64,000 bases of DNA, taken from positions 20,953 through 84,952 of the IMG/VR virus record IMGVR_UViG_2565956830_000008; one strand, given 5' to 3'. Positions 19,395 through 26,320 of this stretch are shown in pieces. The translations under genes and the position numbers were made by a program. The stretch comes from a virus. Lineage: Duplodnaviria > Caudoviricetes. How positions within the stretch are numbered: the stretch's first letter is position 1; each line of letters begins with the position of its first letter. The notes below the pieces were generated by a model. That model was not told the origin of the DNA and searched no databases. It saw nothing but the letters and a program-made list of their open reading frames with translations.

Positions 19395-19606
19395 GTGGCC
19401 CGTTCCTCCCGTCGTGCGGTGCCTTCGTAGCGGTAGAGCCATAGGGGGCCGTCGTCTGCCGGGTTCACGTGACGCCGGTAGACGAGTCGGTAGCCGTCGG
19501 CGTTGCGGAGCTCGCAGGTGTGGGGCGGGTTCCAGGGGTCTGCGGGGATGGCGAGGAGTTGCCCGTCGACGGGTCCGCCCGCGAACTGGATGCCGACGCT
19601 GCTCAT
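19391..19606 (-). CDS. Small hypothetical protein (71 aa, MSSVGIQFAGGPVDG...)
   Basis: ATGA overlaps at both ends. Confidence 0.7.
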   Translation of the reverse strand: MSSVGIQFAGGPVDGQLLAIPADPWNPPHTCELRNADGYRLVYRRHVNPADDGPLWLYRYEGTARREERAT

Positions 19607-20532
19607 GACGGGTCGCTGGGGACGTGGTTGGGTCCGGAGAGGTATTCGCCGGCGAGGCGTTCGAGGAGCCGCCAGCCCTGCCCCTGCTCGATCTCGCCTC
19701 GGCCTTCTGCGGCTGCGATGGCCTTGTTGATCGTGACGGCCGCGGGTGCGGGCAGGGTGCGGGCGCCGAGGACGGTCTCGAGTCCGACGTGCCCGGAGTG
19801 GAGGTGGGTGCCGTCGGGTGCGGTGTAGCCCTCGGCGAGTTCGTCGAGGTGGCGCTCGACGATGGCGAGGATGGCGTGGAGGGCGGTGGCCACGTTGCCG
19901 ACCTTGTGCGCGGCATGTGTCGAGGCGAGCGTGTCCAGGGTCTGCTCGTAGTCGGCGCGTGCGGCGAGCCAGGACTCGTTCTGCCCGAGGCGCGCCTGGT
20001 TGAAGGCTTCGCGGGCGGCTTCGAGCTCCATGGGCAGGAAGATCAGGCTCACGGTGGCGAAGTCGAGGTTCGCTTCGGAGAGGCCTTCGGGGCTGACCTC
20101 GGCGAGGAGCTGGAGCTGTGCGTCGTCGAGGCCGGAGTAGGCCCGCCAGTCGACGTCTTCGATCTGGTCGTACAGCTGCTGGAGGGTCGCCGGGTCGTCC
20201 TTGCCGGTGATGGCGTTGTGCGACAGCTGCCGGGCGATCAGCTGGTCCTTCTCCTGCGGGTCGTCGATGAGCAGGCAGGTGATCTCGTCGAGTCCGGCTT
20301 CCACGGCCGCGTCGCACCTGTGGTTGCCGGACACGATGAGCTCGGCGCCCTCCGGGTATTCGCCGGCCCCGTAGATGAGCGGGACGGAGGTGAGGCAGCC
20401 GTCGGCCTTGATGTTGGCAACGAGCCGGTCGTACTCCTCCTTGGTCTGGTAGTGCGCGTTGACGGCGAGGCGGGTGAGGGCGCGCGGGTCGCGCTGGACG
20501 AGGCGGGGCCGGATTCGACTGCTGGTGGTCAT
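19603..20532 (-). CDS. ParB/Srx-like N-terminal domain protein (modification/packaging-associated type)
   Basis: NAHY...L..NI..DG...P, IVSGNHR motif. Confidence 0.85.
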   Translation of the reverse strand: MTTSSRIRPRLVQRDPRALTRLAVNAHYQTKEEYDRLVANIKADGCLTSVPLIYGAGEYPEGAELIVSGNHRCDAAVEAGLDEITCLLIDDPQEKDQLIARQLSHNAITGKDDPATLQQLYDQIEDVDWRAYSGLDDAQLQLLAEVSPEGLSEANLDFATVSLIFLPMELEAAREAFNQARLGQNESWLAARADYEQTLDTLASTHAAHKVGNVATALHAILAIVERHLDELAEGYTAPDGTHLHSGHVGLETVLGARTLPAPAAVTINKAIAAAEGRGEIEQGQGWRLLERLAGEYLSGPNHVPSDPS

Positions 20533-21872
20533 CGCATGTCCTTGCCGTGCTTGGTCTTCCAGAGGGTGAGCGCTTCGATCAGGTCGTAGGCGCCGAGGGG
20601 ACCGCCGTACTGGAGCTGGTAGCGGTGGATGCCGTCCGCGCCCGGCTCGGTCCGCTTCTGCAGCTTCACGCCGGGGATGCCCCGCCCGTACTTCGCGCTG
20701 TTGGGCCGGTCGGTGAACGCGGTGGTGGCCCAGCCGTCAATCCGCTTCGACAGCGAGCGTTGGACGAGGAGCTGCGCCTCCTTCGTGGAGGCGGCCATCA
20801 CGATGAGCTTCGACAGGCGCCGGTAGCGGGTCCACGACACCGGGAAGTCCGACATCAGGTAGGCGGTGTTCGGGTCGAACTTGGGCGGCAGGTAGGCGAA
20901 CGCGCCGATCAGCTTCCCGTCGACCGCCACCCCGCACGCGATCAACGGGCTGCCGGGCTTGATCGTCTTCGACATGAACTGGGAGCGGATCGCCGCGAAC
21001 TGCCCGGCGTTGAGGACGTGCAGGCTCATGCGGTCGCCGAGGTCCTCGTTCTGCCCGATCTTCGGCATGGGGATCGGCTCGACGGGCTGCCGGGGGCCGA
21101 CGATGCGGCGCGGCCCGGCCGCCGCGTACACGTAGATCGGCAGGCCGCGGTTCGCGGTCTGGACGACGCCGGCGAGCTTGTCCCGCAGCTCGGGGCGTTC
21201 GATGTGCAGGCCGAGGACCCAGTTGGGCCGGTCCTGGACCTGCTCGATGATGCGTTCCTTGCCGTCCTCGGTGAGCTCGTCGAAGGCTGGCTCGGGCCAG
21301 TTGAACGCGGCGTCGATGGACGCGAACTGCGCCTGGTAGTCCTTCGCGTAGAACGGCGGGAACATCACCACGGGGGCGTCGGCGGGCACCTCCTGGTCGA
21401 GGTAGTCGCGGACGTCGCCGGCGAAGAACGAGCCCAGCTTCGTTTGCAGGCCGCGGAGCTTGCTGGCGGTCTTGTCGTGCATCCGCTCCCACTGGTCGCG
21501 GGTGGCGTCCATCATCCGCCGGTAGTAGGCGCCGTCCTTGCCGACGTACTGGAGGAAGCGGGTGCCGAGCATGAGGGTGGCGAGGAGGTCGGTGCGGTCC
21601 TCCAGGTAGGGCTTGAGCCAGCCGAGGGACTCCTCGTACTCCTCGCGCAGGGTGTAGTTGAGGTCGTCCCCGGCGAGGTACCAGCCGAGGGCGCACGAGT
21701 ACGCCTGGATGTCGTTGCCGTGGACGCGGCGGGAGTCGCCGAACCGGGCGTGCAGCACGCGTTCGATCGTGAAGTTTCCCGAGCAGCCGACGTAGATGTC
21801 TTCGCCGGGCCACGTCCCGGCGTGCTCGTAGATGATCGAACGGAGGGGCGCGGGTATCGAGCCGTGGAACAT
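20529..21872 (-). CDS. Degenerate Dam-like Rossmann domain fused to GNAT (Mom-like) domain; putative DNA-modification/antirestriction protein (447 aa)
   Basis: AGGAG RBS before ATG 21872; YVGCSGNF (motif I), GND (II), FPPFY (altered IV); C-terminal VDGKLIGAFAY...YLMSDF...RRLSKLIV...TTAFTD...SAKY fits a GNAT pattern. Confidence 0.75.
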   Translation of the reverse strand: MFHGSIPAPLRSIIYEHAGTWPGEDIYVGCSGNFTIERVLHARFGDSRRVHGNDIQAYSCALGWYLAGDDLNYTLREEYEESLGWLKPYLEDRTDLLATLMLGTRFLQYVGKDGAYYRRMMDATRDQWERMHDKTASKLRGLQTKLGSFFAGDVRDYLDQEVPADAPVVMFPPFYAKDYQAQFASIDAAFNWPEPAFDELTEDGKERIIEQVQDRPNWVLGLHIERPELRDKLAGVVQTANRGLPIYVYAAAGPRRIVGPRQPVEPIPMPKIGQNEDLGDRMSLHVLNAGQFAAIRSQFMSKTIKPGSPLIACGVAVDGKLIGAFAYLPPKFDPNTAYLMSDFPVSWTRYRRLSKLIVMAASTKEAQLLVQRSLSKRIDGWATTAFTDRPNSAKYGRGIPGVKLQKRTEPGADGIHRYQLQYGGPLGAYDLIEALTLWKTKHGKDMR

Positions 21873-21955
21873 GGGCCGCTCCTGAAGTCCGTCTGCGCAG
21901 GTTGCGCACCTGCGCGTTTGTCGGCCCATTGTCGGCGGTCGCGTGGAATGCGGAA

Positions 21956-21984
21956 GGCCCTCCCCGGGGACTGCGGGGAGGGCC
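21956..21984 (-). terminator. GC-rich hairpin just 3' of the tRNA (processing signal or partial terminator)
   Basis: ggccctccccg...cggggagggcc 11 bp stem, about 8 nt from CCA; no U tract. Confidence 0.45.
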
Positions 21985-21991
21985 AATCGTG

Positions 21992-22066
21992 TGGAGCGCC
22001 GGCCAGGGCTTGCACCTGGATCGCCCGACTGGAAGTCGGGCCGTGTTGCCTTACACGCACCAGCGC
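21992..22066 (-). tRNA. tRNA-Gly (anticodon TCC), atypical T- and D-arms, encoded CCA
   Basis: GCGCTGG TG CGTGT AAGGCA ACACG G CCCGA CTTCCAG TCGGG CGAT CCAGG TGCAAGC CCTGG CCGGCGC T CCA: all four stems pair; G1-C72, C2-G71, G3-C70, U73 Gly identity elements. Confidence 0.93.
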
Positions 22067-22108
22067 GGGTGGCGGTCGCGCCGCTGCTCGAACGACCGGC
22101 CGATCGGG

Positions 22109-22154
22109 ATCTTACCTCAGCTCCACCGGGTGCGCAGTTCGCAGCAGTGCGCAG
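22109..22154 (-). promoter_or_regulatory. Candidate late promoter for tRNA-modification-terminase operon
   Basis: - strand CTGCGCACTGC starting 40 bp upstream of TAAGAT (-10-like), identical geometry to 15935-15980. Confidence 0.55.
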
Positions 22155-22204
22155 CGGGTTTCCCTGTGCCGAGTGGAGAGCACTTCGTGGAGCGCGGCCA
22201 AGGC

Positions 22205-23146
22205 TCAGCCCTGCCAGCAGGCGACGGCTTCGACCCGCGAGGACCGCTCGGCCTCCGCGATGATCTCGGCCATGGACAGGTCGTTGCGGAAGCGGTGCCC
22301 GATCTTCTCCTCGATGCGGGCCAGGCGGGCGGCGGGCTCCGGGTTGAGCTGAGCCGACAGCACGAGCGCCGACTTGGACGCGAGGACGCAGAACATGCAG
22401 GACAACCTTGGCATTCCGGCGAGGTATGCCGGGTGTTTGCGCAGGCCGGACGCTTCGACGGCCGCCCACACGTCGACGGTCGACCAGGTGTGCACCGGAT
22501 ACCAGACGTCGACGTGGCGGAGGGTGTTCGAGGCGCCCCAGCCGGGGCCGACGCCCTTCGGCACGGGCTGCTTGCGCGCCTTGTACTTCTCGGCCTTGGC
22601 CCGACGCGGTACGCACGCATCGCAGGGACATGTCCAGGCGCCTTCGTGGGTGAAGGCGAGCAGTTTGCGGCGGGCCGGGGACTCCTCGGCGCGTATGCCC
22701 ATGACGTTGAGGATGCGGACGCGGCCGGTGTGCCCCGCCTCTCGTGACTCTTGGACGAGGCGGGTCATCAGGGTCCGCACCGGGCCGCGCTTGAAGTCCG
22801 ATGTGCACCAGCGGTTGTCGGCGTCGGGGAACATGCCCCGCTCTTCGATCCGGTCGATGAGGTCGCCGCCCGTGCGGGCGACGACTTCGAACCGCAGCCC
22901 GTAGTAGGCGGCGTGCTCGGCGGCCAGCTCCTTCGTGCCTTCCCACTCGGCGGAACCGAGGTCGGCGTGCACGCACACGATGCGGTCGAGGACGTCGGCG
23001 TCGCGCGCGGCCCAGAACAGCTCGTAGAGCATCGCGATCGAGTCCTTGCCGCCCGAGATGTTCGCGATGATCCAGTCGTACGAGGCGAGGTCGGGGAGGT
23101 CCGACCCGAAGCCGGGCAGGTCGAATGCCAACTGCGCCGTAGACAT
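22205..23146 (-). CDS. PAPS reductase-family (PP-loop) protein
   Basis: ISGGKDS, RWCT..FK..P, GIRAEES..R, RLSCMFC. Confidence 0.9.
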   Translation of the reverse strand: MSTAQLAFDLPGFGSDLPDLASYDWIIANISGGKDSIAMLYELFWAARDADVLDRIVCVHADLGSAEWEGTKELAAEHAAYYGLRFEVVARTGGDLIDRIEERGMFPDADNRWCTSDFKRGPVRTLMTRLVQESREAGHTGRVRILNVMGIRAEESPARRKLLAFTHEGAWTCPCDACVPRRAKAEKYKARKQPVPKGVGPGWGASNTLRHVDVWYPVHTWSTVDVWAAVEASGLRKHPAYLAGMPRLSCMFCVLASKSALVLSAQLNPEPAARLARIEEKIGHRFRNDLSMAEIIAEAERSSRVEAVACWQG

Positions 23147-23278
23147 CGGGAACGCTCCTGGGGGCTGGTGGGCGGGGCGGGAGTGCGCGCCATGGGGCCG
23201 TGTGGATCTCGTGGAGGGCCTGGGGGCTGCCGCTTGGGGTGGTGGAGTGCTCGGGGTGTTGAGGTGCTTAGATCCGCA

Positions 23279-23315
23279 GTGAGGCCGGGGAACGCTGCCT
23301 GTTCCCCGGCCTCAC
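23279..23315 (-). repeat. Hairpin family H copy 1 (15 bp stem, loop AGGCAGC on - strand)
   Basis: gtgaggccggggaac-gctgcct-gttccccggcctcac. Confidence 0.85.
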
Positions 23316-23325
23316 CCCGCGGTGG

Positions 23326-23661
23326 CTACTCGGGTTCCTCGTAGCTGGGGGTGGTGCAAGGCCAGCACGCGGCAAGAGCGTGGGAGGCGTAGACGAGGGC
23401 CTGCGGGCGGGTGTCGAACCGGGCGGCGTCCTCGGGGTTGTGAGCGCAGCGCTCGTGCAGCACACCGACGTTCCTGGTGAGCAGGGTGGTCTCGCTGCCG
23501 CTGCGGATGACGTAGGGGCCGCCGCCGTCGATGTCCTGCACCTCGTAGTGCTCCGGGCCGTCGTCGGACGTCACGATGCGGGACAGGATGGCGATCGCGT
23601 CCGGGGTGAGGACGAGGCTCACGCTCCGGGTGACTTCGACCGCGTACGGGCTGGTGCTCAT
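23326..23661 (-). CDS. Hypothetical protein
   Basis: 111 aa, AAGGGA RBS, possible H/C metal ligands. Confidence 0.75.
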   Translation of the reverse strand: MSTSPYAVEVTRSVSLVLTPDAIAILSRIVTSDDGPEHYEVQDIDGGGPYVIRSGSETTLLTRNVGVLHERCAHNPEDAARFDTRPQALVYASHALAACWPCTTPSYEEPE

Positions 23662-23695
23662 GGCGTTCCCTTTCAGAGCTGGTTGGATGGCGCGA

Positions 23696-23724
23696 GGCCG
23701 GGGAGCGCTGCCTGCTCCCCGGCC
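23696..23724 (-). repeat. Hairpin family H copy 2
   Basis: ggccggggagc-gctgcct-gctccccggcc. Confidence 0.85.
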
Positions 23725-23740
23725 CTCGTCTGCTGCTGGG

Positions 23741-24343
23741 CTATGCCGTGGCCGTCTGCGGCGCGGCCAGGACGTGGACGGCGGACCGCGCGCCGGCCGG
23801 ACGGGGGCCGTAGCACAGGTACTCGCCCCACTCGTCGTTCACGCGCTTGCCGGATGCGTCCCAGATCAGCGGTCGCCCGCACTGGGCGCAGTTCCCGGCG
23901 TCCTCCCCCGGTGTCCCGTGCGGCCGGTCGTCGGCGGCCGGGGCAGCCTCCTGCTCCTGGTTCTGGTCGGGGTCCTCGGGCAGGTCGACTCGGAAGGCGC
24001 CGGGCTGGTCCGGGATCTGCTTCCAGTCGGCCGCCCGGAGCGGGGCAGTGGTCCGGTGGAAGGTGAGCATGTCGAGGAGCGTGTCCCGGACCTCGGCGCG
24101 GATCCGCTCGCTCAGCTTGCCGTTGGTGGTCTCGTCGTTGAACCGCCAGGTCGTGGCCTTGGCGTCGTGCACGGCGGTCAGCACGCTCGCGTTGACGCTG
24201 ATGGCGGTGGCGGTGGGCAGCTCCTCGCGGATCAGGTGGGCGATGAGGAGCAGGGCGCGGTCGATGACCTCGCGCCGCTTCTGGGCGGCTTCGCGGTAGG
24301 CGTCCTCGAAGTACTCGGTCCAGAAGGCCTTGGTAGCGGGCAT
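23741..24343 (-). CDS. Hypothetical protein with C-terminal Zn-finger-like motif; paralog family with 24868 and 25840 genes
   Basis: Start MPATKAF; IAHLIREELPTAT; CAQCG...C. Confidence 0.75.
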   Translation of the reverse strand: MPATKAFWTEYFEDAYREAAQKRREVIDRALLLIAHLIREELPTATAISVNASVLTAVHDAKATTWRFNDETTNGKLSERIRAEVRDTLLDMLTFHRTTAPLRAADWKQIPDQPGAFRVDLPEDPDQNQEQEAAPAADDRPHGTPGEDAGNCAQCGRPLIWDASGKRVNDEWGEYLCYGPRPAGARSAVHVLAAPQTATA

Positions 24344-24473
24344 GCGGGGTGATCCCTTCACGTGTTGGGGTGGGTGGTCGGCACTGGGGTGGCGACCTGG
24401 GCGGGCAGCACGCACCAGGCCGTGGCCCGTCGCGCTGCCCGCTCAAGGGACGGCCAGCTGGCCGTCCGGCCGG

Positions 24474-24749
24474 TCAGGACTTGCGCCGGTTGATGTCGCG
24501 GAGGGTGACGCCCTCGGCGGCCAGTGCCCGGCAGATGTTGCCGCGCACCCAGCCGCCCCAGCCGTCCGACTTGTACTCGGCGAGGAACTGGCGGACCTTC
24601 GGGTGATCCCGGTTGGGGCTGAACGTGCTGGCGAGTTCGTAGGCCAGGGTCGGTGTGCTCCACGGGCCTTCGAACAGCTCCTGGAAGGTCTCGTCGTCCT
24701 CGCGGTCCCAGTACTGGTGGAGGAGGGGCTGCGTGGTGGACTCCGTCAT
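24474..24749 (-). CDS. Hypothetical protein
   Basis: 91 aa, AAGGAG RBS, first gene after repeat R1. Confidence 0.75.
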   Translation of the reverse strand: MTESTTQPLLHQYWDREDDETFQELFEGPWSTPTLAYELASTFSPNRDHPKVRQFLAEYKSDGWGGWVRGNICRALAAEGVTLRDINRRKS

Positions 24750-24779
24750 TTCTCGCTCCTTGGGCTGTTGGTGGCTGGT

Positions 24780-24870
24780 TGAACTACTTCCATTCTTTCC
24801 GAAACAGCTTGCCCTAGCCAGTTAGGGCAAGCTGTTTCAGTAAAAGGACTTCTAAGAAAACCGCAGGTCA
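24780..24870 (-). repeat. ~90 bp intergenic repeat R1 (promoter/hairpin cassette)
   Basis: cattctttccgaaacagcttgccctagccagttagggcaagctgtttcag...ttctaagaaaaccgcaggtca. Confidence 0.92.
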
Positions 24871-25764
24871 GGCGGTCATTTCCGTGAGGAAGGCCAGGGC
24901 TGCGTTCAGGTCGCGCGCGCCCTCCACCGCGATGTCGGGGAACTTGGCGGCCTGGGCGAGCTGCGCTTCGGCGACGATGAACTTGAGGTCGCCGGCGTCG
25001 ATGGCGGCCTGCATGAGGCCGTCGAAGTCGTTGACCGGCAAGACTCGTCCGTCGAGGCCGAGTTGGCCGATCATGACCACGCCTCTGACGGAGCCCGCGG
25101 GGACGTGACCAGATGCGGCGAGCGCTGTACAGGCGAGGGCGAGGTCGGCGGCGGAGCCGCCGCGAGCCGCGGTCCAGCAGGCGGTGACGGTCATGTCGCC
25201 GAGCGGCCACTGGATGCCGCTGTTGACGATGGCCGCGCGAATCCTGTCGCGGGTCTCAAGGGCGTACTTCGGGTTCGGGCCGGTGATCCTCATGGCGTGC
25301 ACTCCCGGCGTGAACTCGGCCTGCACCTTGGCCGGGCCTTCCTGGGTGGGGAAGTAGCTGCTCGCGGTCTTCGGCGGGGTTTTCGGCAGGCGGATCGTGC
25401 GGAGGGGCCGGCCCTGCGGGGCTGCCTTCCAGCCTGCCGCTCCGGCCAGGTTGCCGAAGGGGATCACGTCGCCGAGGGTGCCCTTGACCTCGTCCGTGAT
25501 GCTGTCGGGCAGGCCATGACCCGCGGCGGTCGGGGCGTGCCACAGCACCTTGCCCTTGGCGTCCGCCACCTCGTGCAGCTCCACCTCGCCAGTGTCGAAG
25601 GTGAGCGTTGCGGCTTCGGGCAGGTGCGTGCGGACCAGGTGGGCGACGTACGCGACCGCGCGTGAGTAGAGGGTGCGTCGGGCGACGCTGGCGGCCTGGT
25701 AGGCGTCCTCGAAGGCCTTGGAGTGAACGGCGGTTTCGAGGTCGGTGTGCAGGGTGTCGGCCAT
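24868..25764 (-). CDS. Fusion of phage domain with ChlI/ComM(YifB)-type Lon-like domain, no AAA+ ATPase
   Basis: ETRDRIRAAIVNSG..WP...TV, GSAADLALA, IGQLGLDGRV.PV. Confidence 0.82.
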   Translation of the reverse strand: MADTLHTDLETAVHSKAFEDAYQAASVARRTLYSRAVAYVAHLVRTHLPEAATLTFDTGEVELHEVADAKGKVLWHAPTAAGHGLPDSITDEVKGTLGDVIPFGNLAGAAGWKAAPQGRPLRTIRLPKTPPKTASSYFPTQEGPAKVQAEFTPGVHAMRITGPNPKYALETRDRIRAAIVNSGIQWPLGDMTVTACWTAARGGSAADLALACTALAASGHVPAGSVRGVVMIGQLGLDGRVLPVNDFDGLMQAAIDAGDLKFIVAEAQLAQAAKFPDIAVEGARDLNAALAFLTEMTA

Positions 25765-25797
25765 GGGTCTGTCCTCTCGGTAGGGGTGGGTGTGAGA

Positions 25798-25829
25798 GGG
25801 CCGGGGGACGCTGCCTGTCCCCCGGGCCC
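25798..25829 (-). repeat. Hairpin family H copy 3
   Basis: ccgggggac-gctgcct-gtcccccgg. Confidence 0.85.
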
Positions 25830-25839
25830 GGGGCGTTGG

Positions 25840-26196
25840 TCAGGTGCGGTCGTCCGTCTTGGTGCGCACGGGGAAGCCGGCGAAGGGGAAGGGGTGGGTC
25901 AGCTTCCAGCCGTTGCGGGTGAGGGCCTCGGAGGTCTTGCCGAGGCTGAGGACCTGGTCGAGTACGGCGTGGACCGTGTCGAAGACGTCGTCGGGCAGGT
26001 CGAAATCGTTGAAGCTGACGGGCTGGCCGTCGCTGTCGTAGTAGGAGTCCACGACGCCCTGATCGGTGTCGACGAGGAGCGTGGCGACTGTGGGGAGGTG
26101 ATCGCGAAGGAGATCGCCAATGCGGGCGGAGGCGGCCTCGGTCGCGGCGGTGACGGCCCGGGTCGCGGTCTGGAACTCGGTCTCGAAGCGGTTCAT
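25840..26196 (-). CDS. Hypothetical protein, paralog family
   Basis: Start MNRFETE with GAGGGA RBS; IGDLLRDHLPTVATL. Confidence 0.75.
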   Translation of the reverse strand: MNRFETEFQTATRAVTAATEAASARIGDLLRDHLPTVATLLVDTDQGVVDSYYDSDGQPVSFNDFDLPDDVFDTVHAVLDQVLSLGKTSEALTRNGWKLTHPFPFAGFPVRTKTDDRT

Positions 26197-26230
26197 CTTG
26201 TTCCCTCTTTCAATGCTTGTGGTGGTTTGT

Positions 26231-26320
26231 TGATCTACATTCATTCTTCCAAAATGAGCTTGCCCTAACCAGTTTTGTGAACCCTATTCGGCAAAAGAAC
26301 TTCTAAGAAGCCGCAGGTCA
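26231..26320 (-). repeat. Repeat R2
   Basis: tcattcttcc...cttgccctaaccagtttt...aaaagaacttctaagaagccgcaggtca. Confidence 0.9.

Noticed and set aside
21992-22066. tRNA as an attachment site or prophage boundary
   Set aside because: Phage genes continue on both sides, no integrase nearby and no duplicated 3' fragment seen
21873-22976. N-terminal extension of the 815 aa ORF 20529..22976
   Set aside because: Overlaps the PAPS reductase gene and the tRNA; a good RBS and ATG at 21872 mark the real start
22205-23146. Complete Dnd/Ssp phosphorothioation or sulfate assimilation cluster
   Set aside because: Only the PAPS-reductase-fold gene is present; no partner genes recognised
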